Shown piece by piece: positions 11,140 to 22,406 of a stretch of 64,000 bases of DNA; the stretch's first letter is position 1, and every line of letters starts with the position of its first letter. The stretch covers positions 3,348,001-3,412,000 of the forward strand of contig CATNEN010000001.1 of the NCBI GenBank assembly GCA_950097015.1, given 5' to 3'. A program made the translations under genes and the position numbers. This DNA comes from Macrostomum hystrix (Eukaryota > Animalia > Platyhelminthes). Under the pieces are notes generated by a model that worked only from the letters and a program-made list of their open reading frames with translations, made no database searches and had not been told where the DNA came from.

Positions 11140-13222
11140 TGTCTCCATTACACGGCGGGCTCTTGTAAGGGCCTGTCGTGTAATGGGTGTTATCCACCCA
11201 CCCCCTTTTCTCTCGCTGCCTTCTCACCCACCCCTTGTGGGGGGTTGGGGTTTTATATACCCGCGTGCCGTGCTTTGACTCGCGTGTCGCATCGGCTCAA
11301 TTTTTTTTGGCTCGCGTGTAAATATTTTTTTTAATGGACAGTGCACGCAAACTGACAGCTAAACAGCTCAAACAAGAGCTAGCCCACTACGGCCTGTCTC
11401 AAGCCGGGCGTAAACAGCAGCTCTACGAGCGACTTGGCAATCACCTGCGCGCCGTGGCAGAGACAGCCGACCTCAGCAGTGCCAGCCCTACATCGGATAC
11501 TATCGGCGGCCAGCCAGCGGGCGGAGGCGGTGCATCTCGGGGCGCGGCCGGCGACCTGGCGGCGCTGCGGAAGGAAGTCGAGGACCTAGAAATTGAGGCA
11601 CTGACTCGACGCCGTGCCCAGCTACAAAATGAGCTCAAACTGCCTCAGCACCAGCGGACCCCTGGTCTTACACCACAAGGTCGCAGCCGCGCTCCGCACC
11701 GCCCCGCCGTGTCAGTGTCCGCTCTGTGCCGGCTGTCGCTGGCACCCAGCACCAGGAAGTCCTATGCCAGCCGCCTGCGAGTCTGGAGCGAATTCTGTCG
11801 GCAGCGTCGAGTTCCTACGGCCGCCGCTTCCGAGTCCGACGTGTGCCACTTCGTCGTCTTCCTCCTGCAGCGCGGAACTGCCTCATACTCCAGCGTGCAA
11901 TCAAGCCTCGGCGCGGTCTCATTCCTACATAGGGCTTCAGCGTCACCAGATCCGACCAAAAACTGTGCCAGGCTGGCTCTCATCTGCCGGGGGGCGCGGC
12001 GCCTCCTGGCCCAGCAGCCGAGACAAGCGACACCACTGCAGCCGCACCACCTTCGCCTGCTCTGCAGCTGCCCCGAGTTCCATCGGTTACTATCACCGCG
12101 TCTCCTTGCTGCCTTCAGGGCGGCGTTGCTGGTCTCCTGGTGGGGCGTCCTTCGCCTAGGCGAGCTGCTGCCTCCCGCCACAGCAGACTCACTGCGCAGG
12201 AGTTCTTTGTCACCGTGCCCTGGAGGCTTCCGGCTGACACTCAGCAAGTCTAAAACTAACCAATTCAAGGGACGCCAGCTACAAGTTTTCCTACCGCAAG
12301 CCGCGAACAGCCAGCAGATCTGCCCAGCCACGGCCCTGGCCAACCATCTGCGCGTGAACGAGATTTTCAAGCCGCATCTGCCTTTGTTCTCAACTCTGGA
12401 AGCCCACGGCCACGTGCCTATGTCCGTGTCGACCTTCATTCGACTTCTGAAGCGAGGCCTGTCATTTTGCGGCTTCAATGCGAGCGGCTTCTCAGGCCAC
12501 AGTCTTCGCCGAGGCGGAGCCAGCGCTGCCTTCGCGTGCGGCCTCTCCTTGGCCGACATTCGCTGCCTCGGCGACTGGCAATCGGACTGCGTCTTCCGAT
12601 ACTTCTCAGACGACGCCTTGTTTGCACGCAGAAGTCGAGCGTCCAGGCAGCTGGTCAACTGTCTCGCATTGTGAAGCTAACTGTCTGAATTTTCTGTGCT
12701 GCTTGGCGTTTGCCTTTTTTGCGGTTCATGCTGCCCCCCCCCTTCTTTTTTTCTCCCCCCTTTTTTTTTCTTTCGGGGTTTGGGGTCGCTTTCCCCTCCT
12801 CGCGCTGCTTTGTGCCACCGACGCTTTTCTGCTTCGCCTTCTTTTGCTGGGGTGGCGGGGTTAATGTCTCCATTACACGGCGGGCTCTTGTAAGGGCCTG
12901 TCGTGTAATGGGTGTTATCCACCCACCCCCTTTTCTCTCGCTGCCTTCTCACCCACCCCTTGTGGGGGGGTTGGGGTTTTATATACCCGCGTGCCGTGCT
13001 TTGACTCGCGTGTCGCATCGGCTCAATTTTTTTTTTCTTCTTTTTAAATTTTCAATTTATACCTTACTTGATTTTAGAACCACGCTATAATTTCGCCTTT
13101 GGCTTCGTCTAGCCTTTCAAATATATCGGCATTTTTCGGGGGGTCGCTTTCCCCTCCTCGCGCTGCTTTGTGCCACCGACGCTTTTCTGCTTCGCCTTCT
13201 TTTGCTGGGGTGGCGGGGTTAA
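11140..13222 (+). mobile_element. Tyrosine-recombinase element with split direct repeats A1-ORF-B1-A2-spacer-B2 (Ngaro/PAT-like), lacking RT
   Basis: A1 11140-~11308 matches A2 12865-~13034; B1 12782-12864 matches B2 13140-13222. Removing the element rejoins ctgttagat|ctactcatt exactly, with no TSD. Confidence 0.88.
11334..12674 (+). CDS. SAP domain - tyrosine recombinase (DIRS/Ngaro-type integrase), 446 aa
   Basis: SAP-like N-terminus KLTAKQLKQELAHYGLSQAGRKQQLYERL; SAM-like LAPSTRKSY...W..FC; catalytic R (LRLGEL), K (SKSKTNQ), HSLRRGG, W (GDWQS), Y (FRY). Uninterrupted ORF. Confidence 0.9.
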   Translation: MDSARKLTAKQLKQELAHYGLSQAGRKQQLYERLGNHLRAVAETADLSSASPTSDTIGGQPAGGGGASRGAAGDLAALRKEVEDLEIEALTRRRAQLQNELKLPQHQRTPGLTPQGRSRAPHRPAVSVSALCRLSLAPSTRKSYASRLRVWSEFCRQRRVPTAAASESDVCHFVVFLLQRGTASYSSVQSSLGAVSFLHRASASPDPTKNCARLALICRGARRLLAQQPRQATPLQPHHLRLLCSCPEFHRLLSPRLLAAFRAALLVSWWGVLRLGELLPPATADSLRRSSLSPCPGGFRLTLSKSKTNQFKGRQLQVFLPQAANSQQICPATALANHLRVNEIFKPHLPLFSTLEAHGHVPMSVSTFIRLLKRGLSFCGFNASGFSGHSLRRGGASAAFACGLSLADIRCLGDWQSDCVFRYFSDDALFARRSRASRQLVNCLAL

Positions 13223-14659
13223 CTACTCATTCCACTGTTAGCTCTACTCATTCCACTGTTAGATCTACTCATTACACTGTTAGATCTACACATCCTACTG
13301 TTAGATCTACTCATTCCACTGTAAGATCTACTCATTACACTGTTAGATCTACTCATTCCACTGTTAGCTCTACTCATTCCACTGTTAGCTCTACTCATTC
13401 CACTGTTATATCTACTCATTCCACTGTTAGATCTACTCATTCCACTGTTAGCTCTACTCATTCCACTGTTAGATCTACTCATTACACTGTTAGATCTACA
13501 CATCCTACTGTTAGATCTACTCATTCCACTGTAAGATCTACTCATTACACTGTTAGATCTACTCATTCCACTGTTAGATCTACTCATTACACTGTTAGAT
13601 CTACACATCCTACTGTTAGATCTACTCATTCCACTGTAAGATCTACTCATTACACTGTTAGATCTACTCATTCCACTATTAGATCTACTCATTCCACTGT
13701 TAGCTCTACTCATTCCACTGTTATATCTACTCATTCCACTGTTAGATCTACTCATTCCACTGTTAGCTCTACTCATTCCACTGTTAGATCTACTCATTAC
13801 ACTGTTAGATCTACACATCCTACTGTTAGATCTACTCATTCCACTGTAAGATCTACTCATTACACTGTTAGATCTACTCATTCCACTGTTAGATCTACTC
13901 ATTACACTGTTAGATCTACACATCCTACTGTTAGATCTACTCATTCCACTGTAAGATCTACTCATTACACTGTTAGATCTACTCATTCCACTATTAGATC
14001 TACTCATTCCACTGTTAAATCTACTCATTCCACTATTAGATCTACTCATTCCACTGTTAGATCTACACTCACGTGACTCGCGTACACGGCGAGGCGCCAG
14101 CGGATCGATGCGGCTCAGGAACGGGAGGAAGATGTTTGGCGAGCGCTCTCTGGGGAGCATTGGCGTGTGGGACAGCAGCCCTGTGTTAGCCATCCCCCAT
14201 CGTTTCTGCCTCTCTCCCTGTTCTGCCTCTGTACGTGCGCACTGTTTGACAATGGATAGAATACAATATAGAAATGCAAGAGAGGAAGAACTTCACTGCT
14301 GCTTTTCATGTGACACAGGAGTCCACACAGAAAGGCTTATGTACTTTTAATCGGAGATTCAAGTAAGATGTTCCAGATCAATACTGCCTTTGCCTACTAA
14401 GAACTCCGTTGAGAAGGTGAGAACTCGCTTAATTTCTTTATCATTATTGCCATAGACATAAGGCAGCTGCGATTCCCACAACAATTGCAGTAAAAATACT
14501 AAAACAAAATTCTACGAGTATTTGGTAATTGAAAGCTGATACCTGATTTTATAATAACTGAGACAGGTTTTATTCACAAGTATTTCGGTGGATCAAGTCA
14601 GAAATTACTCCAAGTTCTTGAGTATGTACTCATCCCAAACACACTTATCCGCCCTCCTG

Positions 14660-15500
14660 CATCCGCCCTCGAACTAACCGCCCCTCCAACTATCCGCCCC
14701 TCCAACTATCCGCCCATCCAACTATCCGCCCCTCCAACTATCCGCCCATCCAACTATCCGCCCCTCCAACTATCCGCCCCTCCAACTATCCGCCCCTCCA
14801 ACTATCCGCCCCTCCAACTATCCGCCCCTCCAACTATCCGCCCCTCCAACTATCCGCCCCTCCAACTATCCGCCCCTCCAACAATCCGCCCCTCCAACTA
14901 TCCGCCCCTCCAACTATCCGCCCCTCCAACTATCCGCCCCTCCAACAATCCGCCCCTCCAACTATCCGCCCCTCCAACAATCCGCCCTCCAACTATCCGC
15001 CCATCCAACTATCCGCCCCTCCAACTATCCACCCCTCCAACTATCCACCCCTCCAACTATCCGCCCCTCCAACTATCCGCCCCTCCAACAATCCGCCCCT
15101 CCAACTATCCGCCCCTCCAACTATCCGCCCATCCAACTATCCGCCCCTCCAACTATCCACCCCTCCAACTATCCACCCCTCCAACTATCCGCTCCTCTAA
15201 CTATCCGCCCATCCAACTATCCGCCCCTCCAACAATCCACCCCTCCAACTATCTGCCCCTCCAACAATCCGCCCCTCCAACTATCTGCCCCTCCAACTAT
15301 CTGCCCCTCCAACTATCCGCTCCTCTAACTATCCGCCCCTCTAACAATCCGCCCCTCCAACTATCCGCCCCTCCAACAATGCGCCCCTCCAACTATCCGC
15401 CCCTCCAACAGTCCGCCCCTCCAACAATCCGCCCCTCCAACAATCCGCCCCTCCAACTATCCGCCCCACTAACTATCCGCCCTTCCAACTTTCCACCCTG
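14660..15500. repeat. 16-bp C-rich minisatellite (ccaactatccgcccct)
   Basis: Direct inspection. Confidence 0.92.
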
Positions 15501-15951
15501 TAATTATTCGCCCTTCTAAGTGTCCGCCCTCCGGCCATCAGACTATCCTCCCAAATCTGTACTACGCTTATCGCATCTGTACTATGCCACCCAAGGTGGA
15601 ACGTTCGATTCACGACCCGCAGAAACATTTAACTCTCACATTTACGCTCACAAACGCTCACATTTAACATTCAGCAAGGCACTTTAAGTGTCTTTAAGTC
15701 TTTAAGTCGTTAAATGGGTTCCAGAATTTGCTATCGTAGTTAGGAACTGGGGTGTATTGTTCCCCCAGTCCATGGACTGAACAGCCGTACGCAGCCTTGA
15801 GATGCTGCGCTGCGATGGGTTTTCGGCTGAACATCTGGCCTGATTAGGGCAGGTGTAACTAATTGTAAAGATGTGAGAAAGCTTAAAAATACTTTATATA
15901 TTCACACTTTTCAAAATTAAATAATTTATCTTGATTCTGCGACTAAATCAG

Positions 15952-18900
15952 ATGGCCAGCAAATCGAATGACGCAGCTCCACCTGATGAGAATGGCATTG
16001 AACATGCTGCAGCAAATGGTGACTTGGAGATGGTGAAGTTGCTGGTGCAGACAATCGCTGATCAAAAAGTGAGAGATCAGTGCTGCAGCGATGCTGCGAA
16101 ACGTGCTGCAATCAAGGGTCAGTTGGAGGTGGTGAAGTTTCTGGTGCCGACAATCGCTGACCAAAAAGTGAGAGATCAGTGCTGCAGCGAGGCTGCAAAA
16201 TCTGCTGCATACAAGGGTCAGTTGGAGGTGGTGAAGTTTCTGGTGCCGACAGTCGCTGACCAAACAGTGAGAGATCAGTGCTGCAGCAAGGCTGCGGAAT
16301 CTGCTGCAATATGTGATCAGTGGGAGGTGGTGAAGTTTCTGGTGCCGACAGTCACTGATCAAAAAGTGAGAGATCAGTGCTGCAGCGATGCTGCGAAACG
16401 TGCTGCAATCGAGGGTCAGTGGGAGGTGGTGAAGTTTCTGGTGCCGAAAATCGCTGACCAAAATGTGAGAGCTCAGTGCTGCAGCGAGGCTGCGGAATCT
16501 GCTGCAATATGTGATAAGTGGGAGGTGGTGAAGTTTCTGGTGCCGACAGTCGCTGACGAAAAAGTGAGAGATCAGTGCTGGAGCGATGCTGCGAAACGTG
16601 CTGCAATCGAGGGTCAGTGGGAGGTGGTGAAGTTTCTGGTGCCGAAAATCGCTGACCAAAATGTGAGAGCTCAGTGCTGCAGCGAGGCTGCGGAATCTGC
16701 TGCAATCAAGGGTCAGTGGGAGGTGGTGATGTTTCTGGTGCAGACAATCGCTGACCAAAAAGTGAGAGATCAGTGCTGCAGCGAGGCTGCGGAATCTGCT
16801 GCAATATGTGATAAGTGGGAGGTGGTGAAGTTTCTGGTGCCGACAGTCGCTGACGAAAAAGTGAGAGATCAGTGCTGGAGCGATGCTGCGAAACGTGCTG
16901 CAATCGAGGGTCAGTGGGAGGTGGTGAAGTTTCTGGTGCCGAAAATCGCTGACCAAAATGTGAGAGCTCAGTGCTGCAGCGAGGCTGCGGAATCTGCTGC
17001 AATCAAGGGTCAGTGGGAGGTGGTGAAGTTTCTGGTGCCGACAGTCGCTGACCAAGCTTTGAAACAGAATGTTTGTCGTGACTGCGCAGTCGCGGCCTGC
17101 CCTAGTCTCCTTGAAGATGTCGTTGCTATCCTCGATCTTCAGCCCGACTGGCTCTTCCAATTCAGTCCAGTGCTCAGCTTCACCGCCTCGATGGCCATTG
17201 AGGGCAGGAACTCGATTCTCACCCAGACTCTGTCTCGAATGCAGCCAGCCCAGATCACGCAGTTGCTCTGTGCTTCAATCTCCCATGGCCATGTCGCACT
17301 GGCTCTCACCCTCATCAATGAGGAGCGACTCAGCAGAGAATACGTCGATCAGCCAGACGACAGCTCAGGAGCCACTGCTCTCATGCTGGCAGCTGATGCA
17401 GGTCATCACGAGCTCATTGAGAGGCTGGTGGATCTCGGTGCGTCAGTGCGAGCTGAAGACAGTCAGGGTCGGATAGCTCTGTCGCGAGCTTGTGAAGACT
17501 CTGATGGACAGAGGAGCGAATGTGAGTCATCGAGACGGCCGGGGTCGGACTTGTGCGCAGCTGGCGGAGCAGCGCGGACATCAGCAGGTGCTGCGACTGT
17601 TGGGGATCCCGCGATCGAGGTGAGGCAGTCATGCTGTGTTAATTTCCTTCAGTATGCAATCTTCAGGAACTGATCCTGCGTGTTAGTTTGCTTCTACTTG
17701 AATTTTCAGATCAAAACTGAGCTGCAAACTGGCTTTGACCGCAGTATTGCCTGAACTGACTCATCGGACCAAAATTTTCTTATCCACGCATTTGCATCCC
17801 GTTTCTGCTTTCCCCCCCTCCCTACTTTGTCCCAAGGACTACAAATGCAAGGGCCAAGGATGTAACTCTCGATGCATAGAATGTTTTAACTGCGATTTAG
17901 TAATTATAATAATGATTATGCCAAGAACACTTTCATGGTCTGGTCAAAAGGATATCGGTGTAAATCGGATCTACTTCCTCCTGAACTTTTCAGCGAACCG
18001 AATGCCAAGGAGGCAGCCGGACTCTGCTCCGACTCAAGTCTCACTTGGTGAGTTGCTGATTCTGCTGATCAGCTTGAGATGCCAGTCTGTGCAGGTGTAT
18101 AATCCATCAGCTGACTGAGTTCCCCATCATTCCAGGCTCAGAGACGACTCACAGCGGGACAGGCAGCTCAGCGAGGAACTGCACCGACTGCTCAGCGATG
18201 CGGGATTCACTCAGGAGAGAGCAGAGTGTCAGCAGAAAATGGCTGACTGGCTGGAAAGAGTCGCTCAAGCCCACACTCAGAACTCGCAGATGCAGATGAC
18301 AGGCAGCTACGCAGAGGGCTGGGCCAACAGTCTGGTGCAAGTGAACGGCAGGACAGGACAGGACTCGCAGATGCAGATGACAGGCAGCTACGCAGAGGGC
18401 TGGGCCAACAGTCTGGTGCAAGTGAACGGCAGGACAGCGGCTGACTCAGACATTGACTGGACTGTGCTGGTTCAAGGGCAGCTGCTGCATCTGGAAGGCA
18501 GCTGCGATGAAACGAATAATTGGAAAGGCTGCAAAGGTGCCACGAAGCAGCGGGTCACGGAGGGTCACGCGCAGGTGGCAGTGGGGTCAGGTGAGTGACA
18601 TCTGCCATGACATGTGCTTCACGGGTTTAGAGGTTTACGAGTAGTTTGGTGTCAATCCAGGAAAGTTTTATGGTTAAAAATAGAGTCCCGAACTTGACGT
18701 TTGTCAAAAAATGCCACTGGGTTTCACCACCCACTGCAGGCAGCCAACCTGCGGTCTCAGCCAAGGCATGCGGTGTGCGGCCTGCTCAGGACTCGTGCCA
18801 TGCGATCAAGTGCTGCAGCTCATTCAGTGAGCACAGAGTTAGGAAGCTGAGCATTTATAAAGAAAATGTTCACCTCGTGAGGGCAACCAGACCGAATGAG

Positions 18901-20406
18901 ACCAATGAGCTCAGAGTGAGCTTCAGCTTCCAAGAGAAAGAGGCCATGAGACGGCTGAGTACAGTCCAGGGACAGCTGTTCTCAATCATCAAGTTCATCT
19001 TCAAGAGACATTTGCCACTCACTCTGGACACACCTGGACTCAAGACCTACCATGCAAAGACTCTGCTCTTCTTCATGCTGGAGAAGCATGGCACAGACCC
19101 GAAGGCTGAAGCTTGGCAGCCTCAGAATCTGATCTCACTGCTGAAGGAGTCTCTCGACATGATGCTGAGCTTCATCGACTCAAGCAGCTCACCCGATGAG
19201 TGCATGTCGCACTTCTTCATGTCCGACGCTCCGCTCTACTTCAAGAACGCTGGAATCGGCGGCGACTTCGGCAACACGAAGGCGAGGGTTCGAGACCGAC
19301 TGAGAGAGCTGAGAAGCGACATCGGCGGAGTGGTTGAGCAGATGAGGAGACTGGTGAGACCTCTGCAGTCAGAGAATTTCTACTTTCACCCGTTCACTCT
19401 GTTGCCACCGACAGCGCCGCCTGCTGTCACTCAGGTAAGGGAAGGATTTCGTGATAGTTATGAGATGTCAGCAGAAGTGTACAGTGTGGTGCACCATTGT
19501 GTTCGCGAGCTGCAGTCAGAGTCTGCAGACAGAGACGCCCTGATGAGGCAGCTCAGTCTCTTGCATCAGCTGTGGTGGTGCAACTGCGCCGTCCTGTGCA
19601 TGACCGCCATGGCGCATTTGAAGTTCGGAGACTCCGAGAAGGCTGAGAAACTCGCGATGGAGCTCCAGAGTCACAGAGTTCAGAGTGGAATGAGGCCCGG
19701 TGATATCAGATACAATCTGCCATCAGACTCGGACTGGGCGTGGAGGTTCTGCCTCCCCGCAGACACTCCGCCTCGATTCCCATTCCTTCCCGAGTTCACG
19801 CAGACTCTGCTCACAGCCAGACTGTTGCAGCCTCGCTCTGAGCACCTGTACGTGAACTTCCGCTGCCTGAGCTGGAGTCTCCAAGCTGAGCTGCTCCGCA
19901 ATCGCACAGCAATCGACTTCGATGCGTGGCTCTCAGAGCTGCAAGAGGACCCGGACTTGGAGGAGCTGCTCACTCTGGCTCACTACAGCGACCGAGTTGA
20001 GCACGTGGAGTTCAGCCTGCGACAGATGGAGACCGTCAGGGACGAGAGACGCGTCGCCATGGAGACGCAGGATGAGGAGAAGATCCGCTGGGTCAGGGAA
20101 AAGCTGTGGCGAATTTCCACTCGCAGCGAAAGCCACTCGAGTTTGGAGGATGAGGAGCGGAGGCTGTGGGTGAGAGCGCGGCTGCATCTGATCAATGATG
20201 AGCTCGGTCGGCTGGTTGCTATGGAAACAGTGGCGCAGCAGAGAGACGGCTGGATCCACGCAAAGCTGCAGCGGTTTGCAAAGTCGCTGCCGGAGACGCT
20301 GATCAGCGATGCGTCGCGATCGAGACGGAGAGCGAGTCCGTCAGCCCGGAGCGCCAGCGGAGAGGCAGGAAGCGGAAGGCAGAGGACGGCAGGTGAAAAC
20401 CGCTGA
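15952..20406 (+). pseudogene. Ankyrin-repeat cGLR copy 2, frameshifted by a 23-nt deletion at 17497/17498; exons 15952-17619, 17994-18047, 18136-18590, 18740-20406
   Basis: Same exon structure and motifs as copy 1, with 10 variable repeats. Sequence equivalent to 1386-1408 is missing and the spliced frame stops at 18244-18246. NTase exons remain open. Confidence 0.75.
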
Positions 20407-20661
20407 GGACGCCTTCGCCTGCTGCCCAGCTTAAGGTCGCTGGACTGTGATTTGAAGGAGCTGAGTAGCATATGCGTGCACTATACTTTGAGTCTTAAGA
20501 TTTTGTGCTTCTGGTTAAGTTGTTTTTTCCTCTGCAATTATTTGTATGCGGAATTTTGTACCTATATTATTTGGTTTCTCCTCTCAATTCGTTTTTGTAT
20601 TTTTTTACTTTAACAAAGCCTCAAACCAACGTTATCGGAAAATCCCACTAAGAGCAAGTGA

Positions 20662-20880
20662 CTTTAGCGGAAGTAACAATTAGCGAAGTTGACAGTTAGC
20701 GGAAGTAACAATTAGCGGAAGTGACAATTAGCGGAATTGACAGTTAGCGGAAGTGAAAATTAGCGAAATTGACAGTTAGCGGAAGTGACAATTAGCGGAA
20801 TTGACAGTTAGCGGAAGATAGAGAAAGATAGCGGAAGATAGTTACATCAGAAGTCAGTTACAGTTAGTGGAATTAACATT
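20662..20880. repeat. ~16-bp degenerate repeat (ttagcggaagtgacaa)
   Basis: Direct inspection. Confidence 0.75.
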
Positions 20881-22406
20881 GAATTCAGACCTTCGAAATC
20901 CCTGTCAGTGGAGGCTTGCAGGCCTATTTACTTATATTTGGTACAGTTCATTGCTTTGAATCCTGTGTACAGTCTCGTTCACACTGCCATAAAATACGGC
21001 TGGAACGCACGACTGTGCATTCTAAAGACCACTTTTGAACATCACACTAAAGTACACCAATAATCACGAGGCATTTTAAGAAGGCAGTGTGAACAAGCCT
21101 ATGTTTTATTTCACTATTAGTAATTCGTAAGCCCATAATTATCCCATTAGATAAAAGCTTATGCAATGCAGAGATGTCATTAACATGTCATGCAAAACAC
21201 TTCCATGATGTCATTTCATATGCAGCTGGGCTGCTCATAAAACTGCCTGTTTGTCGAGCCCCACTGCTCAAGCCAGTGCTCACCTCTCAGTCTGAGCAGC
21301 ACTCCCCACCTGTACAGAATTTATTTACAAAGTCGTGATGTACTTTTAAATATTAATAACCCTTTATGCCAACTGATTTAACGCTTTTGTCATCTATTAA
21401 ATAAGTCCCAGAATTTTGTTCACAATAAACTGAGTGAATCATTGAGATAAAAGCAGGCAATTCTGAATGCCACAATGTCAGGCATGGCCGCTTCAATGCT
21501 GTTTTCGCACCTGCCTTCTCACCTCTTTTGACACCTTGGGCCGTCAGCCAATCAGCTCGCTTGGCTGATTCCCATCGAAAGCAAAGTCGATAAGTACACC
21601 ACTGAGCATAGGCAGTGGAGTGGGCAGGTGTTAACAGGTCTCACTTGATACACTTGTGATCTAACATAGTCTATGGCTAAACCTAACTCTTACAGAGAAA
21701 GTGCGTTGTTACTGTGTGAAAATTGCAACAGGATTCGACAACAAGCTATCTGCCTAGCAACCGCTGTATCTGCTGTATGCGGACTGAAAGGCTTTGTAGC
21801 AGTTGCCTAGCAACGGATATTTGACAACGCAACGGACATGGCGACTGTACATTTCTGACTGCAAAAAATAACTGAAAAGACAATTAAGAACACTCAGACA
21901 GTTCCAAAAAGAGATGTGCATTGCTGTTTTCTTCTCTCAAAAGATGTTGTATTTGAGCACACTTAAAATGTGTCAACTTGCGGATTCGTGCTAGGCTGAA
22001 AGAGATCTAACAGAAACAGAAGATTTTCATGAATTAATTGGGTAATTCAGCAACTCTCAGAGTGTAAATGCTGTTTACATAGCTATGTTATAAATTGTCG
22101 TTTGACAGGAATAGAAAAGAAATTCTGTTTGTCAGGTAAATGCACAACGATGGAATTAAACTGCACGATGAATTCCAGGAATAAGGTGTGTGAAGCTTTC
22201 TCAGAATAGCTGATAGCTGACATAATAATAACTAGATTGCTAGGATAAAAAGCATCTGATGGAGGACACGGGTTTCACATTCATTTTTAAGCCCAATGAA
22301 AAGCTGGCAATAACATGTAGTATTCACTTCCAGCTTGGTTGTCATGGCAACTGCGCCAATTCTGAGCGCGGATAGCCAAGACTGCAGAGCAATAACTGCA
22401 GCATTG

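Larger units (their letters stand above)
10564..14070. repeat. 21-bp satellite (gttagatctactcattccact), interrupted by the YR element at 11140-13222
   Basis: Direct inspection; explains the MSRSNSG and LLDLLIP pseudo-ORFs. Confidence 0.95.

Noticed and set aside
10564-14070. CRISPR-like array next to a recombinase
   Set aside because: Units are head-to-tail 21-mers with no unique spacers, no cas genes, and the context is eukaryotic.
15762-15830. Hammerhead or HDV ribozyme
   Set aside because: No CUGANGA...GAAA core, and no nested double pseudoknot could be assigned by eye.
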